DNA from: Epithemia pelagica
Lineage: Eukaryota > Protista > Bacillariophyta
Assembly (NCBI GenBank): GCA_946965045.2
Contig: OX337235.1
Location: forward strand, 2,790,001-2,854,000
Direction of reading: 5' to 3'
DNA length: 64,000 nucleotides
Part shown: piece after piece, positions 22,245 through 32,893 of the stretch
Layout of the letters: every line of letters starts with the position of its first letter
Position numbering within the stretch: the first letter of the stretch is position 1
Position numbers and translations under genes: made by a program
Notes under the pieces: model-generated
What the model was told of the DNA's origin: nothing
The model's input: only the letters and a program-made list of their open reading frames with translations
Database searches by the model: none

Positions 22245-23591
22245 TTAGGGGAAGGTAAGTCCGGGACGCATGCACGATTTGTTGTGGAGGTATCCTTCAA
22301 ATGTTTCGGGTTGCTTGCCGGTAATCTTGAAGATATCATCCGTGTAAGAAGCCTGGTGTTCGTCCAATCCGTGAGCCTTCATGCGCTCCATACTGGCGGC
22401 ATCCCGGACTTGCCAGTCGGGAAGACCACGCTTGCGCACGTCTTTGGTGTAGTCATGGAACCCAAGTTGAATGTGTTGAATCTTGGTTCCGTAGTGCTGG
22501 GAAAGGAGATCGGCAACTTCCGAGTCTTTGGTGGGTCCCGGACCCGTAAGGTTGTACACCTTATTACGGTGGGGCTTTTGGTTGAGGAGAACAACGACGG
22601 CGGCGTCGGCAACGTCATTGGGGGAGACGTAGTTGACTCCCATACCATACGAGGCGGTAATGTATTTGTGCTCTTCACGCAACAATTTACCTTGATTCAA
22701 AAGAGGAGTGGCCATCAAATGCGACGTACAGAGGATGGTGTAGGAGATACGAGAATCACTCTTGGCCTGTTCCAAAATGTCGTCACAAGTTCCGTGGAAC
22801 GAAACAAAAGGGACATTGTCACGGTACAAACGGGCCATTTCGGAAACACCCTTGAAGGCATGGGTAGGACGAAGGAAAGAGATCTTCACAAAGTGCTCAA
22901 TCTTCTTTTCCTTGGATGCTTTCAAAAAGGTGGGGAAGACATCGGCCCATCCTTGGATGTGAGGCAAGGTACAGAAGACAGTCTTGCATCCGTCCAAAGC
23001 AACAGCGTAGTCTGTAAAGCATCACAGCAAAGAAACAGTGGAATTGAGGACCATGTTTTTCCGTAACTCAGTAGACGACGGTTCGTCGACTTGAAGTCTC
23101 TCATCCAGCAAATGACATCCAATTTTCTTATCGCTCAACACATGATTTGACTAGGTGCACTTACCAGCTTCGTTCGCCCAGTCAAAGTCAATCACTTCAG
23201 CTCCCTTGGCGGCAAGGGCATCGGCGACACCTTGTCCAAAGCTGTTGTCCATACCCTGACGATCACCCTTCCAGACACCGACGCGGACCGATTGGCCAGC
23301 TTCCAACAACGAAACAGCCACACGGTAACCAATCACACCCGTACCGGATGTCACACTAAATTCGACACAAAAAAATTGGCAAGCACACACAACACAATGA
23401 GAAACTATACTGTCGCGTCGAGTTCCTCCTCATCCTCGCTGCTACACGGAGGATGGAGAGGACATTTGAAGCCTCCATCCATGCCATGTGCTCACTCACA
23501 AGATCTTTCCAGCACTTTCATCAAACGTAAGTTTTCCAAGACCGGGGATAATGTCGGCCAAGGACTTTCCAGCTCTTCCCATGAAACCCAT
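22245..23591 (-). CDS. NmrA-like atypical SDR (NAD(P)-binding Rossmann) protein, three exons (23500-23591, 23165-23355, 22245-23011)
   Basis: Spliced sequence KIFVTSGTGVIGY (TGxTGxxG-like), ALDGCKTVF, YVSPNDVADAA and KVYNLTGP. Both introns are GT..AG and preserve the frame. Confidence 0.9.
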
Positions 23592-24514
23592 GTTTGCCTG
23601 TTCTTGTTGTTGTAAAGTTTTTTTTTCTTGTTGTTGTGTTTGTTGTGACAAAACGTAAGCTCAATTTTTTGTGAACTCGTTGTGATGGTTCGACCATGGG
23701 GTCGACGACCCGTATGTGTTTCAGCGACCAAGATGATTTCATATTATGGATTCAAAAGATGACGAGAGCATATGGGCTGACAGCGCACACGTATTGTATT
23801 CGGAGCTTCCACTCTCGAACGATCGAACGTTTATTGTCTTATATATATTATTAAATATAGTGTTCTAGAAACGATAGAGAGTTTCCAAATGCGGAGACCC
23901 GTGAATGAAACTCTCATCATTCTTAATTGATCTGTCCTACTTTCTTTCTTACTTCAAGGACAGCTTGTGGGAGTGGTTCGAGACTAGACTACATGACTTT
24001 CAGTCCATCTACGATATGTACCTGACTAGACCATAGGTACTACACTCCATTCCACACTCTAATGGTACTATACTAAGAGACTACTAATCCCATTTACAAA
24101 CACGGTAGACTGTACTAAACGACTATAGTTCACCCTAGCCACCACACATGGAATAGTCCCTTGACTGATAGTCCCAATTCCACTCACCCATAGACTATCA
24201 CCGATGACTATAGTACATCGAAATACAACATTTGACTATACTATGTGGACTATAGTCCCTTTCATAATCTTCATGTACTATGGTACTATAGTTCCTAAGT
24301 CATGACTTCACAGTACGAAATCCATGTATACTCCACCACGCTACTATACGTACATGAGACCCACATGAGACCCACGCCCATCACAACAACCAGCAGCAAC
24401 ACACCTCACACCCTCGCACCTCACTCTCACTCCATCAACCATCGAACAAGAGTGTCTCCCACACTCAACTTTCCTTCCCCAAACCATTCCTCCACAACTC
24501 AAGGAACAAGGTAT

Positions 24515-26266
24515 ATGGAACCATCAACTTCTCGCAAATACCTTCGTTTCTCTTCACGATGTAATCTGAAGTTCATTCTGGAGTCGAATTTTGCTTACTT
24601 CGAAGACACGAAAAAATATATCCAAGAGCAATCTCCCAAAGACCTTCTTCGGTGCCAACTTCATCTATGGGTGAAACGATTTACTATTGCATGGTTAATT
24701 CAGAATTCTGGGTCCATTTCTTGCAAAGAAGAAAACACGAGCAAGTCCAACACTCACGCTTGCAGATTGTTCACCTTGGAGTATGAAGACAAGCTTTCAA
24801 TCATTGCTGGCGTTGTCATTACTCATCTACACGGTCCATCTCCGCAAGTTCCGAATTCATCAGATCATGAGTTTCAACCCTTCATGCCTGATCATTGCAA
24901 GAGTCTTAAACTTACTGTTCAATGTACACCCACGCTACAGATTGATCAATGCCCTCATTTTCACGAATGTATGAGAAACACCCATCGTGTAAAACAAAAA
25001 TGTCCCAATGTTTCATCCCAATCTATCATTCTGTCCTGGATGATGCACACATCAACTGGATTCCATTGCACACAACAACCTCAACAACTAGTCAACGAAT
25101 ATATTTTATGCGAATGTAACAGTGAAGAATCCGATCAAGAGGACTGTGTTCCAAGTTGCATCACCCCTTATATTGCCCAATTGACGCAGCTATACGACAA
25201 GATACACTGTCCTCCCCTACATGCCGACGAAAAAAAAGACAATCCACCTGCCGTGAACAAATCTCCTAAAAAGAAGAATCTTCTTAAATCTCCACCGAAG
25301 AAAGCTACCCAGCATACCCAGCATCCAACACATTCGTATTCCACTCGTTCTCGCAACACCATTATATCATTATTTCTTCAATCGATTTCACGTTCCAAAA
25401 AAACCATCAAATATAAACAAAAAGACGACGAAGATCGCCACATGCCTGGCATGCCACCCAAACTCAAGAAACTCCGTCCATCCGATCTCCATGTGAAAGT
25501 CCCTCCCATTCCTGCAACTGTTCTAGACCATCGACTGACAGAACTCGGACAACTGGTCATGTTTCACCAAGAGTTGAAACACTTTGGAATCGTGGCTCCT
25601 CGGGATGATTGGGAGTCATGGATTAACAATTACGCGGACAATCCTCTTTCAGATCGGCCATTCATGGTCTTGATGACGATCTGTATGAGTTCAAGCACTT
25701 CAGATTTACAACTCAGTTCCGTAATGCCCCGTCTTTTTGCTTGTGGAATGACGTCTGCCGATGCTGTGTCGGAGATCGCCAACAAGTACGGCATGGATGC
25801 TATGTGCTCCCTAATATCGGAACTTGGACGATATAACGTCAACGCCGAGCGCATTGTAAATGCGGCCGACTACTTTCTACAGCGCCACAATGGGATAATT
25901 CCCAACAACATTACAATCCACGAGTTGATGACCCTCGATGGCATTGGGTATAAGACTGCATGCATAATATTGGAGGCGGCATTCGGACGTGTCGACGGTA
26001 TACCTTCAGACATACATGTTATTCGCTGGGCACACAAGATGGGTTGGGTGCCTCCAAAACTCAGCGGCTTAGCGACATCAAAACATTTGGAAGCATGGGT
26101 TCCAATGGATAAATGGTCTCTTATCAATCCACTATTCGGTGCTCTAGGGCAGCATTCTGCTACCATTGATTTACGCACTAATTTACTGTCTCGACTTGGA
26201 AAAACACTCCACCTCCACGACGACGTATTCCAGAAGGTCAAATCAATGATCAATACTTATAGATAA
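24515..26266 (+). CDS. Cys-rich N-terminal region fused to an endonuclease III/NTH1-like HhH-GPD DNA glycosylase/AP lyase domain (start may be 24302)
   Basis: FMVLMTICMSSSTSD (cf. NTH1 YQVLLSLMLSSQTKD), HhH motif LMTLDGIGYKTA with catalytic Lys, GIPSDIHVIR (cf. GIAVDTHVHR) with catalytic Asp, and LEAWVP..KWSLINPLFGALGQ. No C-terminal 4Fe-4S Cys motif. Confidence 0.88.
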   Translation: MEPSTSRKYLRFSSRCNLKFILESNFAYFEDTKKYIQEQSPKDLLRCQLHLWVKRFTIAWLIQNSGSISCKEENTSKSNTHACRLFTLEYEDKLSIIAGVVITHLHGPSPQVPNSSDHEFQPFMPDHCKSLKLTVQCTPTLQIDQCPHFHECMRNTHRVKQKCPNVSSQSIILSWMMHTSTGFHCTQQPQQLVNEYILCECNSEESDQEDCVPSCITPYIAQLTQLYDKIHCPPLHADEKKDNPPAVNKSPKKKNLLKSPPKKATQHTQHPTHSYSTRSRNTIISLFLQSISRSKKTIKYKQKDDEDRHMPGMPPKLKKLRPSDLHVKVPPIPATVLDHRLTELGQLVMFHQELKHFGIVAPRDDWESWINNYADNPLSDRPFMVLMTICMSSSTSDLQLSSVMPRLFACGMTSADAVSEIANKYGMDAMCSLISELGRYNVNAERIVNAADYFLQRHNGIIPNNITIHELMTLDGIGYKTACIILEAAFGRVDGIPSDIHVIRWAHKMGWVPPKLSGLATSKHLEAWVPMDKWSLINPLFGALGQHSATIDLRTNLLSRLGKTLHLHDDVFQKVKSMINTYR

Positions 26267-26328
26267 ATTATGATATGCATTACTAATTCTTTCTCTCTCG
26301 TAGATTTTGGTCAACTTTCTGATCTTGT

Positions 26329-29300
26329 TCATTGAAATTCTGCTTCGGCGGACGATGCATCCTCATCGTTGTCTTCCTCCTCTTGATCGGCGTCACCATC
26401 CTCACCGTCATTGAGATCATTTTCCTCTGCATCACTTTCTCTGCCACTATCCTCACCACTTTCTTCGTCAATTTCATCGTCCTCATCGTCCTCTTGGTCG
26501 TCTTCTTGGTCGTCCTCTTGGTCATGCTGATCATCTTTGTCTCCCAACAAATCTTGTGACTCTTCTCCTTCTAATACTGCTCCATTTTCATTGCCCAGAC
26601 CATCGTTCTTTTCTTCCTCATTGTCCTTATCGTCATCGCCCTTGTCGTCATCATTTGACTCACCAATGACTCCCTTTAACGAAAATGGTGACTTTCGAAT
26701 AATTTTTCGCCTCTTATTTCCGACAAGTTTGGCAGATGGAGGGGTTGTTCCCTTCCCAAGTGTATAGGCTGCAACTGCAGCTGCCGCTGCTGCCTTTGCT
26801 TTTCGTGGGGGGGAAAGCCGCCTTGGCTGCAGAATCATGGATTGTTTACGTTTCTTGGTAGCACGTTTCTTTTTTTCATCATTGCTGTCTTTTTTGGATG
26901 GCTTTGCTGGCGGTTTCTTATCGCCGTCCTCGTCATCCGAGACATCCACAGTCATGACTTCCTTTCCATCGTTTGTTGGATTGCTGTCGTCCGTAGGTGC
27001 TCGCAAGAGATCATCGATGATTGTATCTACCATAGTATCGCTTTCCTCATCCTTTTCCGAAAAGCACACAGAATCTATATCTGAGTCTTCTTCATGCTTC
27101 GACGGAACGGTTACATAAACAATTCGGTTAGCCACTCTCACCCGGTGATTTGGTGGTGCTTCGTCGTCCACGGCGGCCACTTTGGCACCAACTTCATCGT
27201 CTTGTTGGGTGGTCCCAGTTCCAATCTCGGTCTCTTTCCCAACCTTGTCCTCACCAGACGCATCAATGTCTTTGTCTGGGTCATAGCCGGACACTGTCGA
27301 TGCTGCATCCCATTCCTCCGTATTTTGGAAAAATGTCATGGTCACACTTGGATCTGTCATAACATTGTTGTTGAACTTGGACGACTTTCCGTAGGTTGCG
27401 AATCCATTAGCGGCTTCCTTGAGAGCCATCCTTCGTAAATTCTTATCTTGTTTATTGTCGGCGGTACTCTTTCTTGTTTTGGACATGACAGGTACGTACG
27501 ACACACTAATACCTTCTCCTTTCTCTATTTTCTTTTCGTTCTTCAAAATAGTCGTGACTTGGTCCCGATTTAACATGTCCATTGTTCTCATTTCGTTGGT
27601 TTTCTTTGACATGCTCCCCATTAGTTTATTTTGAGTCATCCATGATCCCATGGAGAAAATCCGCTCTTGGAAGGCGTTTGTCGACGGCTTCGCCAACCAA
27701 ATGATAGCACTTGGGTATAGGTAGGAGAATTTTGAGGAATGGAGACGCCACCATTTCATCAAGTCAAAGTACTTGCCAACCTCTAAGTAATTTCGATTCT
27801 TGCAATTCATGGCGAAGTCTCTCTTCTGATTATCGTTCCAGCGGTCGCGAGCCTTATAGAAGGCTGGAGTTCCATAGTCTTCCATCATTTGATCCCAATG
27901 GTTGTCTATGTGACCCTTGCAATGTTCACGAAATTCGTCGTAGCATGATGTACAAGCTTTCTGTAAGGCCATCACCATTTCGTTTTCAGAGGCAGCGTTG
28001 GATGCCTTGCCACTAAGATGCAGTAACGCTTGTTGTTGTAGGTCATGCGAGCGCCTCATGTTCGCAAATACATCACGGGTTTTGTGCCGAATAGTTTTTC
28101 TGGAAGGGGACATCGCCTGTTCTTCAACATTCTCATTGTTATCACCTTCTCTCCCCGTGGCCCCTTGTTTAGAGAGCGCAAGTCCAATCTGAGAGACACT
28201 CTTGTTGCTGAATTTGGCGACCATGTCTTTGATGATGATCCTACGACACTCTTTGACGGTGTCTTGATCAAAAACGCCGAAATTCACGAACATATTCTCG
28301 TATACATTTCCCAATAGAGGATTGGCACAAACAGCTTTTATTCCATCTTCGTCACGATGGAATAAGTAATGCTTGTACTCTGCGATAATCCGGCGAATTA
28401 GGTGGCGTGGTCCAGCCTCTAAATCCTTGTAGAGAATCGGATCGCGCAGTCTGTCTAGATCGTCCATGGTATCACGAGCGTCCCATTGAGTCTCGGCTCC
28501 ACTAGACACATTCAAGCAGGAGACACCACCATACTCTTTGCTGTCACTGCGCATAGTTGTTGCTTGAAAATAAGCGCAATAGATTTCAAGCAGGGCCGCG
28601 GAACTTGCTCCTGGTTCATCAGATTGTAAAGACATGGAAACTTGTTTCAAGGGAGCGAGGATTCCCTCGTATTGAGCAAGTAACTTCCATTCCTTTTCCT
28701 CTGGATATAGCTTTTTGAACTTTGGGTCACTCCGGAAACCTGTCAGAGTAGAGTATGCATCCATCACAAATTTGCATCGTAGCAAGGCTTGCATTGTTAG
28801 GATAAGTCCTGAAACTCGAGTGTCATTTGGGAGTGGAATAGAAACAATCTTCATTCCCATCGCAATACAGGCCTCTCGAAACTTTCTCATTCGCTTTGGA
28901 GATTTTTTGCTGGTCAACCAAGACGCAAATTGTTTGAAGATTTGCCATAGCTCAAGAAACTCCGTGTTAGAATCCATGAGCTGGCGATTGTGGTAGCGTT
29001 GAACTAACCCCGTGGCGTGCTTTAGCACAAGTTCAGCCTTGTGCATATCACACTTTCCAGTCTTATCCTTTTGGCCCACTATGTACTTGCCCGCCAACAC
29101 AGCGGCCGTCGTGTTGTCATTCACAGAGGCCGACAGATCTCCTGTAGTGATGCCAACACCAAGAAGGAGAACATCAGTTAGGTTTGCCACGTCCGTTGCT
29201 GCGTGTCCTTTGCATTCCGCAAGACCAATGGGGAGGCGATAGACCTCGCAGTTGCGAGGGTCTATGAACATTATTGTAACCCCAAGGACGTCATGGTCCC

Positions 29301-30381
29301 TCGCTTGCCAAATATCATGGCACACGGAGATAAAAGGAACCTTCTGGTAGCATAATCGTTCGTATTCAGAGCGACAGGCATTGATAAGGTTCGTCGCCAC
29401 ACCGAAAAAACTTTCGTAGGAAGAGATACGAAGTTTGGAAATTTCCCGCCGGCTCATGATCTCTGCCGGTGTGTCGCGGAGAGCAGCACTGTTGTTGATT
29501 GCGTACCGGATGAGATCTCGGAATTCTTTTTTCTCGGCCGTAATTGCCGGTAGTGCGCAGTCATTGATGAACCGATACATGAGCTGCCTTAGTTCCGCAG
29601 AAGCAGTAGATTTGGATGCATCCTTTATGATCATAGAGCTTAGCGTGCCTTGGCTTTTCATCGGAGAGGGATCATCGGCGTCGTCTTGAATTTGAACATC
29701 TTTGTGGTACTTGCCGATATGAGTTGCTATGTTGGATGTTTTGTTGAGCCCACAAAGTAGGATACATTCGTCCAGTGGTTTGTCTTTGTTCGCAAAACAG
29801 CGTGGGCAGATGACAACATAACGGACAAGATTCGAGTATTTCTCTTTCATGGCTTTATTCTTGGCTTGGGGAGTCAATGCCGACTTGAGATTCTTCATGT
29901 CTCCTATTTTGGTTTTGGTCTTCATGTTGTTTATCAGCTTGAGAATGCCGGGGGTTTGGGGAATATCATCCGAGTTATCGATCAGATATTGTTCAAACAC
30001 CGGCCAGTCAACATGAAGGATCCAACGCCAGTACGGTGAACAACTAGGATGGCCGAAGAATAATGGATTTGGAGAATCAAGAAGAGGAACAAGAGATTTC
30101 TCGTTGGCCAAGAAATCATCTTTGGCTTCCACAACTGGTGCAAGCTCTTCCTCAACAATTTTCTTCTCGGCTTCGAGTGCAGAGGGTTTTCGTTTCAATT
30201 CGTTGGAACCTGCAGGAGGAGGCTTCTTCTTCTTTTTCTTCTTTGAACTGGAAGTCTTCTTCTTACTGGATGAGGGCCGTGGCTTGTTCTTGTTGGAAGA
30301 AGATTTGTTCTTGTTGGAGGAAGGGGAATCCCTCCTGGAAGGATCTTCCAATGTCGAAACGGTATCTTGGACTCCTTCCAT
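26329..30381 (-). CDS. hAT transposase (~1350 aa) with BED-type zinc finger and long acidic/basic C-terminal tail
   Basis: CPRC...TSNIATHIGKYH (BED), VCHDIW (Asp1), VNDNT (Asp2), CDMH (CxxH), NDTRVSG (cf. TRW) and KPSTNAFQERIFS (Glu, hAT dimerisation motif). No stops or frameshifts. Confidence 0.93.
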   Translation of the reverse strand: MEGVQDTVSTLEDPSRRDSPSSNKNKSSSNKNKPRPSSSKKKTSSSKKKKKKKPPPAGSNELKRKPSALEAEKKIVEEELAPVVEAKDDFLANEKSLVPLLDSPNPLFFGHPSCSPYWRWILHVDWPVFEQYLIDNSDDIPQTPGILKLINNMKTKTKIGDMKNLKSALTPQAKNKAMKEKYSNLVRYVVICPRCFANKDKPLDECILLCGLNKTSNIATHIGKYHKDVQIQDDADDPSPMKSQGTLSSMIIKDASKSTASAELRQLMYRFINDCALPAITAEKKEFRDLIRYAINNSAALRDTPAEIMSRREISKLRISSYESFFGVATNLINACRSEYERLCYQKVPFISVCHDIWQARDHDVLGVTIMFIDPRNCEVYRLPIGLAECKGHAATDVANLTDVLLLGVGITTGDLSASVNDNTTAAVLAGKYIVGQKDKTGKCDMHKAELVLKHATGLVQRYHNRQLMDSNTEFLELWQIFKQFASWLTSKKSPKRMRKFREACIAMGMKIVSIPLPNDTRVSGLILTMQALLRCKFVMDAYSTLTGFRSDPKFKKLYPEEKEWKLLAQYEGILAPLKQVSMSLQSDEPGASSAALLEIYCAYFQATTMRSDSKEYGGVSCLNVSSGAETQWDARDTMDDLDRLRDPILYKDLEAGPRHLIRRIIAEYKHYLFHRDEDGIKAVCANPLLGNVYENMFVNFGVFDQDTVKECRRIIIKDMVAKFSNKSVSQIGLALSKQGATGREGDNNENVEEQAMSPSRKTIRHKTRDVFANMRRSHDLQQQALLHLSGKASNAASENEMVMALQKACTSCYDEFREHCKGHIDNHWDQMMEDYGTPAFYKARDRWNDNQKRDFAMNCKNRNYLEVGKYFDLMKWWRLHSSKFSYLYPSAIIWLAKPSTNAFQERIFSMGSWMTQNKLMGSMSKKTNEMRTMDMLNRDQVTTILKNEKKIEKGEGISVSYVPVMSKTRKSTADNKQDKNLRRMALKEAANGFATYGKSSKFNNNVMTDPSVTMTFFQNTEEWDAASTVSGYDPDKDIDASGEDKVGKETEIGTGTTQQDDEVGAKVAAVDDEAPPNHRVRVANRIVYVTVPSKHEEDSDIDSVCFSEKDEESDTMVDTIIDDLLRAPTDDSNPTNDGKEVMTVDVSDDEDGDKKPPAKPSKKDSNDEKKKRATKKRKQSMILQPRRLSPPRKAKAAAAAAVAAYTLGKGTTPPSAKLVGNKRRKIIRKSPFSLKGVIGESNDDDKGDDDKDNEEEKNDGLGNENGAVLEGEESQDLLGDKDDQHDQEDDQEDDQEDDEDDEIDEESGEDSGRESDAEENDLNDGEDGDADQEEEDNDEDASSAEAEFQ

Positions 30382-32893
30382 TTGATTCGACCTCGTCTCG
30401 TTGTATGAGACAAGATAAGAGAGGACGATGGTTTGATTGTTGAAGAGAGGCGAAGCAACCAAGATATGGGTAACGTACCTCTGTGTTGTGATTATCCTCA
30501 TCTGTTTTCTTGTGTTGATTTGGAATGATAAACACATGATATCATGGTTGTAGTCGTTTCATATGGAGATGAGGAGTGATTTTGTACTATACAGTCTATA
30601 TATTTGGCTGGAGGTACTTTACTCTAGGATTAAAAGTACGATATGAGAGACTGGTGGGACTCCAGAGAGGGAATATAGTACGATTGAAGGCTGGGGGGGG
30701 GAATGACGGTAGAGACTATAGTCGGTTGTGAGTGACTATAGGGAATGGACTGAGGGACTGGCAGTCCCTTGAGAGAGAGGGGGGGACTATACTAAGGGAA
30801 TGCGTAAAGTCGGTGAAGTACAGTACAAAGTAAGGGACTTCGTCGAAAATTGGACTATCGTACTACACAGCCCTGGCTGGTGGAGGTCGACTTCGTCTTT
30901 CCGTGGTCTACATTTTGTGGGATACAAACTCCAACGTTTTGTCTCTCTTGTTAGAAAAACAAGAAGACGGAGAGAACAAGTCTCCCAATAAAATCGCCAC
31001 GCTGCTTCACTCTCCTTCTTCCCACGACATGCCTCCCACACAAGTCTCTCTGAATTTCTTGGATGTTTCCCTTGTCCTTTTCTTTTGTATTTCTTCATTC
31101 TTCTGGATGTGAAGTGTCTCTGTTCTCTCTTCTCTCTTCTGTAATGCCAACAATCAACAACAAGTATCGGCTCTCTGTTGTTGTTCACGGTTCTCTTTCC
31201 TTTGGACGGAGGAATGACACTACATCATCATCATCATGCCATTGAAGGAAAAGACGTATCCGGAGCAACAGAAAGGGAACACATCCCTGCATCAATCCGA
31301 ACTACCTACTAATGGAGAGAAACGATTCGATACCAAAAGCACTCACAACGACGTGTAGATGGTCTGGGGGAAGCTTGTTCTCTCGTCTCGCAAAGAATAA
31401 TGGACTTTCCGGAAAGGGATGCAAACGCACCAGATGATTCTTCGAAACAACAAGTCCACTACGATCGAACCAAATACTGCCAACGGAATCAGTATGGGAA
31501 GGTGAGCTCGGTCGAATGGGAAGTTGCCGGGTCCATATCCCAAGAGCCGACTGGCAGAGTTGTCCACATTTGTCTGTGTCCTGGCACAACACTACCCAAC
31601 AGGAACTGCCTCGTGTCGGTCTCTTGTTGGTTTGCATGAGTTTTTCTGGTCTGTGGGATACTACTACTCTGTAGAAGGAGACTTTCAAGTCTCTGAATTG
31701 GGTCAGTAAAAAAGACGTGCCCAATGTGACGTGATGTTGTGCGGCACCGCATGGATCCCATGGTCTTGCTGCCACTTTTGGGTTTTGTGTTGTCAGTGCA
31801 ATTAACTCACAACCAGATCGCTCGTTTGTAGGACAGGCGACACGTGTCGTCCCATCATTCTAGGAGTTGTTTCGCCACAAAACAAAATGGTTGTCAGGAT
31901 TCGTTTCTACTAGATTTTCAATGGACGGATTGCCTGCCCGTCCAAGGAGAGGAATCTCAACGAGGAATCCACTCGTAATTCCATTGGCCTGCGATTAGTC
32001 AAAAGTTGCGTTTGCGCTCTCGCATCCTAAACGCAAATTGACAAACTCGAGACCAGTTCTTCGATTTGTGGTGCGATTCGGTTCCACGAGTGGTGATATT
32101 GGTAGGGACGTTATGTGGGGGCAATTTCATGATTCTGGGGGTAATGAGTAATGGGGATACTCACTACATGCAAAAGGACACACAAAAAGACGAGAACGAC
32201 TTGAAACTACTCGAAGAACGTCTTGGCCGCTCCAAAGTCTTGGCCGTGCTGTGATCTTGGGGTAATCCTGAGTTGCAACTATTCCTCTAGCTAGAGGTCG
32301 AACAGTTTCCTGTTTCCTGGCGTAAGACTTCCAATCACAGCTAGCTCTACTCTAGTAGGTAGGGAGGCTTCGGTAAGATGGACCATTGCATACCGTAGGT
32401 AGTTCCTTCCTGGGAGATGGAAAAGAACGAGTGCTTCCTTGGTGGTGCAGCAACTAGCTCGTTGTTGTGAGTTGTGACCGTCGTTGATCGTACTCGTAGG
32501 TCGACCGACAGACAACAGTGCTTTCTCTTGCTACTACAAATCAGATATTTCGTCACGACCTGATTGACATGGCGAATGGCGACCGTCGTGTCATCTTGAC
32601 GTTTTGGGTGACGCCCTGAGGGGCGTCTGGTCACACACATGCACGCGTAACTAAGGCCGTTCCTTGATATTCTGCAAAAACAAAAGTTGGACCGTGACAC
32701 GTCACAAAAAACCCGGAAATAGGGCGTCAAATCCGGGTTAGACGCTGTTTCAGCTTTTGAAGCTGCAAAAGTTGGGTCCAACTTTTGCAGGCCTGCAAAA
32801 ACTGAACAGACATTAGGGATAATGTTATTTAGGCAGTATTTCTCGTCCATTCGTCTCGTTCCGTCATTGAATGTGCCCCTTTCATGTCTGACA

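Larger units (their letters stand above)
23971..30875. mobile_element. hAT-superfamily DNA transposon (~6.9 kb) carrying a transposase and a DNA glycosylase cargo gene; left boundary tentative
   Basis: Right end reads CAGGGCTG inward from 30875. Candidate 8-bp TSD GCTTGTGG (23963-23970) / GCTGGTGG (30876-30883), 7/8 match. GACTATAGT/TAGTCC repeats cluster at both ends. Confidence 0.7.

Noticed and set aside
22284-23066. 260-aa plus-strand ORF
   Set aside because: Antisense shadow of the NmrA-like gene.
23972-23990. GGTTCGAGA resembling a tRNA T-loop
   Set aside because: No T-stem pairing or cloverleaf around it.
24515-26266. Calling the cargo a DEMETER/ROS1 orthologue
   Set aside because: The motifs match NTH1/EndoIII, and no FeS, permuted CXXC or RRM-fold domains are seen. 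5mC activity is only a hypothesis.
31302-32850. Short ORFs between the hAT and Harbinger elements
   Set aside because: No motifs, no consistent exon structure and no terminal repeats found.
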